Assembly (NCBI RefSeq): GCF_016432865.1
Contig: NC_067400.1
Location: forward strand, 576,910,001 to 576,974,000
Source of the DNA: Antechinus flavipes
Taxonomy: Eukaryota
Direction of reading: 5' to 3'
Length of the DNA stretch: 64,000 nucleotides
The notes beneath the pieces were generated by a model. It had not been told where the DNA came from. It searched no databases and was given only the letters and a program-made list of their open reading frames with translations. How positions within the stretch are numbered: the first letter of the stretch is position 1; every line of letters starts with the position of its first letter. Both the position numbers and the translations under genes were made by a program. Positions 51,864 through 64,000 of the stretch are shown piece by piece.

Positions 51864-53402
51864 GTGAGTCCCTGGGCCGGGGGCTTCCACCTGCTTTGGG
51901 GGGTGACTGCCCACTTCCTGAGCTCACTCTCTGTAGACCTGATATGGCCAAGTCTTTGTGGCCCAGCTTCTAGTACCCCAGTGGCCGCAGGTCAGCGAGA
52001 CGGGAGTTTTCTTGTCCCAGCGTGTTCCCAAAGTCTGGGGGGACGGGGGCACCCACTTGGAACGGCCGTCTAGGAAGGTAGGACTCGAGCGCCTTTGGAG
52101 TGGGCAGGGAGAAGGGCAACCCTGGTCAGCGAGGGGCATGGGGTGACCCCCGCATTTTACAGACCCAAAGCTGGGGTCCCAGCAGGGTGAGTAATTTGGC
52201 TTGTGTCACCAGGAGGCAAGTGGTTAGAACCTCTGACTTCCCAGCTCCTGCTGAACAACTAGGGTATCTTGAGGAAGGCGTGGAGGGTGGAGGTTGCCCC
52301 CTAGTTTGAGCAGAAATCCTGTTTCAGTTGGTGCTGTAACTAAAGCTTGATCAGTTCCATTTAGCGAGCATTTATTAGTCGCCTATGGTATGCCCAGCCT
52401 AATGCCACGGGCAGGAAATACGAGGTTTTGGACCTCGAGGGAGAGGGGTGGCTCATGGCGCTGTGTGTGTAGGAGCGGCAATCAGAATAACCAGCGTGTC
52501 TGTGTGTTTGCACGGCATTTTGCACCCTTTTGATTCTCACAACCACCTCAGGAGGTTTTTCGCAGATAAGGAAGCAGAGGCTGCTATGAGGCAGAATTTG
52601 AATTCAGATCTTCCCGACTCCCAACCCAATACAGCGAAGGTGTGAAGGGCAGTCCCACAGATAGGAGCAGAGAGTAGGAGGAGGCAGGTCCCAGGGGGCT
52701 TTCAGCACCAGACTGAGTCATCTGAGAAGCAGGGAGAGCCGAGTCAGAGGATATGGGTTCGAGTCCTGACTCTGCTGATCTGTGTGACCCTTGGGAAGGC
52801 CCTGTGCTTCAGTTTTCTCATCTGTAAAGAACAAAAATCAGCCTTGATGACCCCTAAGGGTCTGTCCAGCACAAGTCTGTGATCCCAAGATTGCCAAGTG
52901 GTGACGGCTGCAGGGGTAGAGAGAAGGGGCGGGGCTCAAGGAGAGCAGACATCAGAGAGATGGATGGACTGAGGAATACAGGGATGGCTGAAGGAGTGGA
53001 AATTAGGCCGGCTCCAAGCTTGCAGACTGAGGGAAGGAAGGCTCCCCTCGGGAGAGACTTGGGAGGCCCTGGAGACAGAGAGCCCATGGGGAAAGGGGCC
53101 CTGCCTCAGAGCCCTCGGCCCTCCGCTGAGAAGGGGGACGTTCCCCCGGGAGCAGGGCCGACGGCCCCCGCGTCACCACAGGCCGGAGCCCTGATGCAGC
53201 CGCGGGCAGTTCAGCCGGGAAGGTCTCTGGGATAGGAGGCCCGTAGCTCTCTCCCCCCCTGGAATATTGTCTGAGTCAGAACTAGTCTCCATGTACAGAG
53301 CGTTAGCCTGGACTTTGTCGTCACGTCCCCAGGACGGTACGTGGCACATGACAAGTGCTTCTGGAGTTCGATCGGATTGGAACGCAGCGGGGAGGAGGGT
53401 AG

Positions 53403-53840
<438 letters not shown>

Positions 53841-53851
53841 TGATAATCTCA

Positions 53852-54843
<992 letters not shown>

Positions 54844-55577
54844 TGAGGAGTGACTGCCAGCAGAATACCCAGAGGCCTGGAGGGCAGGGTTAGAGTCAGG
54901 GCCCGAAGTCTCCCATCTGAGGGAGTCCTGGAGAGCTCTGAAGAGGAGGGGACACTTGGGCAAGGCCTTGAAGGACAGACAAACTTTCAGCAGGTCAGAG
55001 GGAGGGAGAGCCTTGAGATGCAGGAGGGCCTGGGAGGAGGCCCAGAATCAGCCTGGTTTTGCTGGAACCCACAGGGAGAGGTAGTGAGTGGGGTGGAATG
55101 AGGCCGAGGAAGATCAGGGCCTCCCTTGCCAGGAGGGGAGGCCAGGAGGGTGGCAGGAACCCAGAGTCTGGAAGGAAGCTTGTGTGGAGACCTTGAGCTC
55201 CAAGACTTGGCTCCCCTGGCCCGAGATTCAGAGCATTCCCATCAGTCACCGGGGCCACCTCCAGGTAGACCTGCTGCTACCATTGATGATGCTGCCCTTG
55301 GTAAAGGAAGTGCCTTCATGGAGGTCTTCCTCCATCTTGGGGAGCCTTTTCTTCCCTGGCAAGCAGGGCCCCTTATGAGGCCCTCAGCCACTTAACACTT
55401 CACGTTCTCATGTTCTGGAGCACATGGTGTTAATCCCCCTCTGCAGGTAAGGAAACTGAGGAGATAGGGAAGGGTTTGCCCACTCTGCTGGGCAGTGGCA
55501 GGACCTGGACCCCCGGGCCTGGGCCAAACTGCAAATACTTGTACAGATTGTTCCAGTTTCTTTAAATTCCTTATCCC

Positions 55578-55718
55578 TTATACTGCAACATATTTAACAT
55601 GTATAGGACTGCTTGCCATGTAGGAGAGGGGGTGGAGGGAGGGAGGGGAAAAATTGGAACAGAAGCAAGTGCAAGGGATAATGTTGTAAAAAAAATTACC
55701 CTAAATATATATAAATAA

Positions 55719-55767
<49 letters not shown>

Positions 55768-55795
55768 GATGACAATTCAAAAATAAAAAATAAAA
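55578..55795 (+). mobile_element. Young 5'-truncated L1 3' end, sense to SLC9A1, in intron 5, with a 15-bp TSD and an (AT)21 tract in its tail
   Basis: TAAATTCCTTATCCC occurs at 55563-55577 and 55796-55810. The body is the reverse-complement homologue of 2833-3145. Confidence 0.88.
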
Positions 55796-56032
55796 TAAAT
55801 TCCTTATCCCCAAGAGAGAACAGGACGTTTTTGCCCTCTTTAAGTGATAAGGGACAACCCACAATCTCCCTGGGGTGTTTAGGGTTTAGACAACCCCCTT
55901 GCCCCCATAAATTTTGCCTTGTCATGGTGGGGCCCTGTGGGCAAGATGTGGCCATGATCATTTTCCACAGAGGGACAGGGGCCCCTGAGGGCCTGTCCCC
56001 CTGAGGTGACTGCCCTCTTCTCTGACCTGCAG

Positions 56033-56122
56033 GGCATGACTATCCGGCCTCTGGTGGACCTGCTGGCTGTGAAGAAAAAGCAAGAGAGCAAGCGATCCAT
56101 CAATGAGGAGATCCACACTCAG
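56033..56122 (+). CDS. SLC9A1: SLC9A1 coding exon 6 (90 bp): [30 protein letters not shown]
   Basis: Acceptor tgcag|GGC and donor CAG|gtgggg. It encodes the basic juxtamembrane KKKQESKR stretch and the start of the CHP-binding helix. Confidence 0.99.
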
Positions 56123-56604
56123 GTGGGGCTGGGGGCCAAGCGGTGGAGGACAGAAAGGGGGGAAAGCCAGTCGCCAGTCCAACTGGCCCTGACCAGGGAG
56201 ACTAGCCCTTTGCCTCTGGGGGTCTTAGGATAAAGGCTGGGTGACCAGAGGTCAGGGACCTGGGGGGCGAGGAGGGGAGGGTCTCCCAGGAAGAGCCTTC
56301 CAGGGGGCTGCTGGTAAAGTTCCTGGCCCTCCTGGGTGGGCAGAGCCTACCTCCAGGAAAGGTGATTGTGCTCTCATTTTAGGCTCTCCCAGGGGCCAAG
56401 ACGTGCTCCAAAAGGAGTTTGGACCCAGGCTCTGGGGCTGGGCTGGGCTGGGCTGCCTGGGACTCTGCTGCCCCCTCCTGTCCATGCTTGGAACCGCTGA
56501 GCCGGGCGCCGGGGCCGGGCGCTGAGGCTCTGGGAGAGAGGGCCCCTGGGGGAGGGGACGGCCTCCCAGGGAGGCTCCGGCCTCGGCTCTTGGTTCCCTT
56601 TTAG

Positions 56605-56675
56605 TTCCTGGATCACCTTCTGACGGGCATTGAGGACATCTGCGGTCACTACGGGCACCACCACTGGAAGGACAA
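56605..56675 (+). CDS. SLC9A1: SLC9A1 coding exon 7 (71 bp): FLDHLLTGIEDICGHYGHHHWKD
   Basis: Acceptor tttag|TTC and donor GACAA|gtaagc. Read by hand: identical to the human CHP-binding and HYGHHH segment as recalled. Confidence 0.99.
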
Positions 56676-56736
56676 GTAAGCAGAGGGAGGGTCGGCGCAG
56701 GCTGGGAGGCGGGGCCAGGGCTCCCCCAGTGCCTGA

Positions 56737-56931
<195 letters not shown>

Positions 56932-57201
56932 TGAGTGTGGCTGCCCGGGGCGCCCCGAGGGTGGTCCCGCTGAATGCTGGGGGGGAACGGGGCCCGGGAA
57001 AGAGCGGGCTGTCTTACTGGAGTGCCCGCCGGGAGCACGTGAAGTTCTGGGGCTTAGAGGAGGGGCTCGGCCGGGGACCTGGGGGGCCGAGCTCCTCGAG
57101 TCAGGGCAGTGAGACGGAGGCCCAGCCCCGCCTGCCACGGAGACCGAGGGCTCTGCACCCAAAGAGGGCCTGCCTCACTCTGGATCCCCAACTGTCCCCA
57201 G

Positions 57202-57316
57202 AAACATTCATCCCAAGGGCCTGCCTTCCGAGCGAATCCTGCCCGCACTGTCCAAGGATAAGGAGGAGGAGATTAGAAAAATTTTGCGCAATAATCTCCA
57301 GAAGACCCGCCAACGG
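57202..57316 (+). CDS. SLC9A1: SLC9A1 coding exon 9 (115 bp): [38 protein letters not shown]
   Basis: Acceptor cccag|A and donor CGG|gtgaga. It encodes the start of calmodulin-binding region A. Confidence 0.98.
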
Positions 57317-57530
57317 GTGAGAGTTTGGCCCTGCCCTGGGACCTCCTCCCTCTGCCCGGCTCACCACTCATTCGGAGTACCTGGATGTCCTCACCCCTCT
57401 CCCCTCCCACTCTCCCTGCAGGGACCCATTGCAATGCTCACTTTACTCTATTGGATCCCCCCTCTCTCTGCTTCTCCCTCCCCTTCTGCCCATCCGCTAA
57501 CCTTCCCTGCCCCCACCCCCCTACCTGCAG

Positions 57531-57632
57531 TTAAAATCCTACAACAGACACACGTTGGTGGCCGACCCCTTTGAGGAGGCCTGGAACCAGATGCTGCTGA
57601 GGAGACAGAAAGTCCGACAACTGGAGCAAAAG
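57531..57632 (+). CDS. SLC9A1: SLC9A1 coding exon 10 (102 bp): [34 protein letters not shown]
   Basis: Acceptor tgcag|TTA and donor AAG|gtaccc. It encodes the calmodulin-binding regions and the serine equivalent to human S648. Confidence 0.99.
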
Positions 57633-57938
57633 GTACCCACGGGGTCTGGGGCCCGACCCCTGCCTCGAGGCTGTGGGCTCTCCCACCCCAGCCCCCGTGC
57701 CCTGTGGCTCCCACTTTCCCCAGGGGGAAGGGGAGGGGCAGGGATGGTGACTCCCACCCCCATTCCCCAGCAGACCTCAGAGGCCATGAAGTTCAACCCT
57801 TTTTTTGCACAGGAAATGGGGTCTCAGACACAGAAGACAGATCTCAGGGTCATAACAGAAGAGAATGAAAAAGACAGGAATAGAAACGGGTCTTCTCATA
57901 CTCAGCCCAGCTCAGAGTCTGTGGCTCCGAAGCCTTGA

Positions 57939-58508
<570 letters not shown>

Positions 58509-58788
58509 TGAGGGAGCCAGGTGATCCCTGGGGGGCCCTCAGGCTGAGGAGGGGGTCCAGAAGAGACCGTGTTGTTACCCCCCAACTTTCCATCCTGAAT
58601 TAGAATCCATACTCTGCAGGGTGGGGGTGTGCCCTGCTTCCAGTGGGCACAGAGAGGGGGCCCGTGACCAGAGTCTGGAGGTGGTCTCCCGCGGGGGACG
58701 CTCCTGTGGTGCTTCTGGACGGGCGTGGGGCTGGCCTGGGTCAGACTGGCCGTCTGCTCCCCTTCCTGACCTTCCCATTGGCCCGCAG

Positions 58789-59108
58789 ATCCCCTCGCTT
58801 ATGAGCCAAAGCCCGATTCAGAGAACCTCCCCATCATCACCATTGACCCTGCCTCGCCCCAGTCCCCCGAGTCCGTGGATCTGGTAAATGAGGAAATGAA
58901 AGGCAAAGACTCGGTGCTGGAGGAGGAGGAGGACGACCCCGGCCTCATGATGCACCCCAAGGAGCCCTCCTCCCCGGGCACGGACGACGTCTTCACCCCG
59001 GGGCCGGGGGACAGCCCGAGCACCCAGCGCATGCTCCGGTGCCTCAGCGACCCTGGGCCTCGCCCGGAGCCAGGCGAGGGGGAGCCCTTCATTCCCAAAG
59101 GCCAGTAA
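58789..59108 (+). CDS. SLC9A1: SLC9A1 terminal coding exon 12 (320 bp to TAA): [29 protein letters not shown]…[23 protein letters not shown]
   Basis: Acceptor cgcag|AT and stop TAA at 59106-59108. The C-terminus GEPFIPKGQ is typical of NHE1. Confidence 0.99.
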
Positions 59109-60163
59109 CGGCAGGGCCGGGGCCGCCGGGGACCCACGGGAGCCTCTCCCCTTCCTACAGCATGGCAGCTGGGCTCCAGCACGGCTTCCCACCCCCGCCG
59201 GGCAGTGCCCGTCTCTGCTCCCAGCACCAGTCCTCAGAAGGCCCAGTGGGCACCACTGAAAAGCTTTACTCCCTCCTCCTCCTCTTGTGCCCTTCCCCTC
59301 GGGGGGCTGTGGGGCTTGTGGCTGTGCCCTCCTGGGGGCATCAGGAGCCTCCCCCTTTCCATTCCTGTCACCTTCAGACCCTGGATTTCCTGAACTCGGG
59401 GTCCTGGCCAGGGGCTGGGGCTTGAGGCTCTCCCGAAGTGGTCCCAATCCTCACTACCCGGCAGGCGAGGCCTTCCTGCCCCGCCGAAACCCTCTTGGAG
59501 TCGGTAACCAAAGAGCAGGTGCTCCCTGCCCCGCTGGCCCCCGACCCTGCTCTGGCGGGGGGTGCGCCTGGCTAGCCCTGCCTGGGAAGGGCCTGCCCTG
59601 GACGGGGCCTGGGTGCAGCAGGGAACCCCGGAGGAGAAGCGACGCTCTCCTTGCCTTCCGAGTGCTTCTAACTGACCCACGAGCTGAAACGAGACAGAGG
59701 GAGAAGCCGGAAGGGCCCAAGGGCCCCTGAAAGGCCTCTTGGGGGCCCCACAGGGAGCCAGCCAGCCCTAGTGGTGAAAACCCTGCCCGGACGAAGGCTT
59801 TGGAAACCAGGCTGTCGTGAACGGAGCTTCGTCCCTCTTCCCGGAGCTCTCAGCCTTGGGTCCTCCCTGGTGCCCCACAGGCTCCACTTTGTAAAAGGAA
59901 ATGCTGATCCCCCAGTGGTGTCCTCGCCCCCCATTCCCGCTGCCTCGGGATCTCGGGGACTAAGCCAGCAGCACCAGGCAGTCTCCTTCCCACAAATCTG
60001 TTCTGTGCCTCCCTGTCAATCAGTCTTGAGTCCCCCCTGCTTTTGCTGTCTTTGTTGGGGACTCCCTCCCCACAGTGTGTGTCAGCGCATCCCTGGGGCT
60101 CCCTGGCACCTCCCCCAGGGAACGACCCGCCCCTCCTAGGGCCCATGGGAGCAGGGCCACAGG

Positions 60164-60344
60164 NNNNNNNNNNNNNNNNNNNNNNNNNNNNNNNNNNNNN
60201 NNNNNNNNNNNNNNNNNNNNNNNNNNNNNNNNNNNNNNNNNNNNNNNNNNNNNNNNNNNNNNNNNNNNNNNNNNNNNNNNNNNNNNNNNNNNNNNNNNNN
60301 NNNNNNNNNNNNNNNNNNNNNNNNNNNNNNNNNNNNNNNNNNNN
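60164..60344. other. Assembly gap (181 N) inside the 3' UTR
   Basis: Run of N in the sequence. Confidence 1.
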
Positions 60345-60575
60345 TACACACATACAGACACTGACACATACACTGACGCGTACACACACACACACACACT
60401 GACACACTAATGCACACACACACACACTGACACACTAATGCACACACACACACACTGACACACACACACACACACAAACTGACAGACATTGATACATACA
60501 GACACTGACACATACACTGACGCACACACACACACACACACACACACTGACACACTGATGCACACACACACACAC
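60345..60575. repeat. Complex CA-rich repeat in the 3' UTR
   Basis: (CA)n runs are interrupted by ctga, ctaatg and tacag. The 29-mer CATACAGACACTGACACATACACTGACGC recurs at 60351 and 60495. Confidence 0.9.
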
Positions 60576-60878
60576 AGCCCTCTGCCAGTGGCCACCACCT
60601 ACAGTGCTTCCCGGCTTTGTGGCCTTGTGTCTGACCCTGCGGGTGACCCGAGGTCAGGGGCCCCTGGGGTGGGGTCTCGCCCTCTGGCCCTCAGATCCAC
60701 GCCGCCTTCTCCCCGCCTGATTGTGCAATACTTACCCCCCCCCTCCCGTGCCTGGGTGAGCACGCTGTCCCTGGCAGAAATATCTAAGCAATGAGGAGGC
60801 TGACTGGGCATCAGGCCGTGGTCGCCACCTACGCCCCCCTCCCCGTGTATAAAATGAAACAAATCTTTTTCATATTCT

Positions 60879-60884
60879 AATAAA
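60879..60884 (+). terminator. Polyadenylation signal AATAAA
   Basis: The context is …tttttcatattctAATAAAtcattgtgactttt: a U-rich upstream element and UG/U-rich downstream sequence inside an otherwise GC-rich region. Confidence 0.8.
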
Positions 60885-61304
60885 TCATTGTGACTTTTTA
60901 AATATGCTGGGGGTTATTCCTGAGGCATTGGGCCCAGATGGGAAGTGTGACTGAGTCCTGGAGCAGATGAAGTAACTGGGGAATGGTTGGGGACCCCCCC
61001 CATTCCAGGGGTGTCCAGGAAGGGTGGGCTGCAGTAGGATAAGCTGGCCACCAGAGGGCAGTGGAGCCCCAAATTTCTTGGGAGTGGATCCCAAAGCTCA
61101 CGGCGGACTTCCCTGAGCTGAGGGGGATGGGGAGGCCAGGAGCCCTGGCCCTTGACCTTGTCTGCTAACCCACTTAATCCAGGTGACCGGTCCAAAGTGA
61201 GATAACTGTGAGTAAAAATGGCCTTTATGTAGAGCTTCAGGGCTGGAAAAGCGCTGGCCAATCTTATGATCCTCCCTGGGAGGGAGGGTCCGTCGGAGCC
61301 GTTT

Positions 61305-61425
61305 TACAGCTGAAGAAGTGGCTGGCCGACGGCGTCAGTGACCTGCCCGGGCCCCACCACTGGTGTCTGAGACGGCGTTGGCACTCGACGCCGGCTCCAG
61401 TGTTCCATCCACTCTGCAGCACTGT
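61305..61425 (-). mobile_element. MIR/Mar1-type SINE core, strongly GC-shifted
   Basis: ccgttttacagctgaagaa…cagtgacctgcccggg…ggtgtctgaga…ccagtgttccatccact aligns by eye to the CORE consensus. Confidence 0.55.
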
Positions 61426-62029
61426 GGGGGAGAGGAGGGGGGCGCAGCTCCAGAGCTGGGGGCTCGTCTCCCCCGTCACGGATCACCGGATCAAAGACGA
61501 GCCGCAAGGGACCCGAAGAACAGCACTGGGCACTGGGGCCAGCGGGCGTGGGCCTTCTGTGTCCTGCCAGCTGGCCGCTGCAGCGTGGGGAAGCGTGAGC
61601 CCGCCCCAGCATCACAGGCCCGCACCAGGCGCACCCTCGGGTCACCAACTGCTTTTTGGATGAGCCCCGACCCTCCCTTCTTTCCGACTCCCCTGTCATG
61701 GAGCAGGGTTACAGTCACCCCGGCTAGCCGCCTAGCCGTCATCCCCAACTCACTGGCCCCTCTCTCCTAATGGCTCTCCCGGGCTCCCCTGCTCTGAAGC
61801 TCCGGGCTGGGCAGGCCCTCCTCTCCGGGCCTGGACCCACCTGCCCTACGTCCCTCCCCTGCCACAGGGGTCGCTCCCACTCAGTAAACATCAGTGCTTC
61901 TCTGTCACTTCCAGAACCGAACAAGAAAGGGAGTCTGTCCGTCGCTCCCCTGCCAGAGCTTTCCCTTCTACCTCTTCGTCAGTCTTCATTCCCCTTTGTG
62001 TACTCTTACCAGCCTTCTTGCTTTTCCAT

Positions 62030-62510
62030 ACTCCATTTCCCAGCATCAGCCTCCTATAGCTCTAGCTCCTGGTTTCCCTCAAGGCTCATCTCAAATCCTA
62101 CCTCTTATGGAAAGCCTTTCCCGGTCACCCCCTTTCCATGTCACCCCCTTTCCTGATCATCCCCTTCCCCGGTCACCCCCTTCCCCGGTCACCCCCTTTC
62201 CATGTCACCGCCTTCCCCGGTCACCTCCTTTCCCGATCACCCCTTTTCCAGGTCACCCCCTTCCCCTGGTCACCGCCTTCCCCAGTCACCCTCTTTCCCG
62301 GTCACCCCCTTTTCTGATCACCCCTTTTCCATGTCACCCTCTTCCCTGGTCACCCCTTTTCCCTATCCCATGCTTTTTGAGCCTATCCCATTTATTCCCC
62401 AAACGTCTTGCACATATGTAGTCACTTGCATATTGTCTCCCCCATCAAAAGGTGGGCCCCTTGGGGGCAGGTCTGGTTTTTTCCCTTTCTTTGTACCTGG
62501 CACTTTACAG
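62030..62510 (+). mobile_element. L2 3' fragment split by a minisatellite
   Basis: tcaaggctcatctcaaatcctacctcttatggaaagcctttc lies to the left and atattgtctcccccatc…gggggcagg…tttgtacctggcac to the right. Confidence 0.65.
62116..62364. repeat. 16-bp C-rich minisatellite (GTCACCCCCTTTCCCG-like), about 15 units
   Basis: Unit starts at 62124, 62140, 62156, 62172, 62188, 62204, 62220, 62236, 62252, 62269, 62285, 62301, 62317, 62333 and 62349. Confidence 0.93.
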
Positions 62511-63129
62511 ATGATCGAGACCTTCTTGCCAACTTAGGCAGCTCCCAGGAAACCGTGGGGCGGGCGGGCTGACTTCTGGGCACTGCCAGTCAGATGCCCT
62601 GGCAACCTCAAGAGAGCATCCCTTTTCACTCCTCCCCAAGCAGATGGGCCCGTGGATTATGGGAGGGAGAAAGGAAAATTGCTTGGCCCAGAGAGTACAA
62701 CCTAAAGCAGAGAATGAAACCAGAAAGTGGAGAGATTCACCTGTTGTCGTGCCAGCGGTTTTTGCCCAGGGAGCTTCCCCACTAATTGGGTTACGGCCCA
62801 GCAGGGAGTGGGGAATGAGGAGAAGAGGTTCAGACAGTCTCACAGACTAAGAGTAACATGGCTGCCAGACAGGGGAATCGTCCAGACCGGACACGCAGAT
62901 AGCGCTTAGTTGACGTTGGTTCCCAGGGGCACTGAAACTCTGCTAAGTACTTTGAGATCATCAGAGAGAGAGCTAAGAAAGATTAATTATTCTCTACCTG
63001 GCAGCCGCCTCCTGGAGCCGCCCGGACAGGGCAGACTACCGTGAGCAGTCTTGCCCCTGGCTCTTGGCATGCGATCATAGATTCGTTGTCAGCTGGTCAG
63101 TCAGTAAGCATTTCGGATGTGCTCACTAA

Positions 63130-63370
63130 GGGCAACTAGGTGGTACGATGGAGAGAGCGCTGGTCCTGCAGTTCAGAAGACTTTGTCCCCCTGAGTTCAA
63201 ATCCTACCTCAGACACTTCCTAACTCTGTGACCCTGGGCATGTCACTTTATCCTCTGCCTCAGTTTCCCCATGTGTAAAATGAGCTGGAGAGGGAAGTGG
63301 GCAACCACTGCAGCATCTTTGCCAAGAAAAGCCAAAAAAGGATTACGAGACTCAGATATGACTGAAACAG
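63130..63370 (+). mobile_element. Mar1 SINE
   Basis: Contains gggcaactaggtggtacgatgga…ctcagtttcccc…ggcaaccactgcagcatctttgccaagaaaa. Confidence 0.8.
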
Positions 63371-63471
63371 CCTTTATCTCTGTGGGATGCTGGGCAAGTT
63401 ATGCCATGGGCCTCAATTTCCCCATTTATAATTTCTAATGTCCCTTCTAGCGCAAAGTCCTGTGATTCTGG

Positions 63472-63632
63472 ACAGAGACAGACAGAAAGACAGAGAAAAG
63501 AAAAAACAGAAACAGAAAGACAGAAAAAGAGAGAGAGAAGAGATAGAGACAGAGAAAAGGAAAGAACAGAAGAGAGAGAGAAACAGAGACAAAAGGAGAC
63601 AGAAGGGAGAAACAGAAAAGGAGAGACAGGGA
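63472..63632. repeat. Purine-rich (GA/GAAA) low-complexity tract
   Basis: Read directly from the sequence. Confidence 0.85.
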
Positions 63633-64000
63633 GAGTGGGTATGTGGAGGTTAATTGAGGGGAGTAGGAATTCAGGGAGAGGCAGGGAGGTTCAATGAGAA
63701 GGATATGATGGCAGGGAGGGGATAAAGGCTCCCTTAATAGGGGGGAGGGGGGAGGTAAAGGTCTGGGAGCTTGGGCCGTCCCTTCCAACTTTGCCATTCT
63801 GTGGTCCAGGTGACAACATTGTCTCTCTTGTCAGTTAAGTTACCGCTTTGCCTTTTGTATCCCCGGGGCCTCGCACACAATGTGCACTTGATGAATTCCC
63901 CCTGATTCATTTCATTTGGAAAATGAGTTTCTTTCACTTATCTTCTCAGGGTCTTAGTTTACTTCTTTGGGAAAGAAAAGTAGGCAAGGGGTGGGTCAGC

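Larger units (their letters stand above)
59109..60900 (+). other. SLC9A1: SLC9A1 3' UTR (true length uncertain because of the gap)
   Basis: It runs from the stop codon to the first AATAAA I noted downstream, which sits in an AT-rich terminal block. The cleavage site is inferred. Confidence 0.75.

Noticed and set aside
57202-57316. Lower GC3 in exon 9 (25/39 codons) than exon 8 (about 52/58)
   Set aside because: The sample is small and driven by one A-rich stretch, so it cannot be distinguished from noise without orthologue data.

Overview
This is marsupial genomic DNA: Mar1 and WSINE1-type CORE-SINEs plus marsupial L1 3' ends that look dasyuromorph-like (the exact species cannot be fixed from the sequence). 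It holds the 3' part of SLC9A1 (Na+/H+ exchanger NHE1) on the + strand. Coding exons 2-12 run from 47126 to 59108. All have GT-AG boundaries and consistent reading phases, and exons 2-11 match the human exon sizes as I recall them. A 3' UTR containing a 181-N assembly gap runs to an AATAAA at 60879. Exon 1 is not in the window, so 1-47125 is most likely intron 1. That stretch is packed with L1, L2, L3, MIR, Mar1, WSINE1, two hAT MITEs and a solo LTR, several with readable target-site duplications (TSDs) and nesting order. No other protein-coding gene, RNA gene or CRISPR array is supported; nearly all other listed ORFs are chance frames or decayed L1 pieces. I found no clearly new multi-gene system. 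The best hypotheses concern regulatory architecture: (1) exons 3-4 are tightly flanked by inverted copies of a 33-bp repeat, a back-splicing or exon-skipping geometry; (2) a very weak exon-5 donor lies upstream of an L1-derived AATAAA cluster, a possible intronic polyadenylation route; (3) there is a D159K charge reversal next to the NHE1 inhibitor-binding segment; (4) there is a strong GC gradient with AT-to-GC-shifted SINEs. Repeat family names come from recalled consensus sequences, not a database search, and repeat boundaries without a TSD are approximate.
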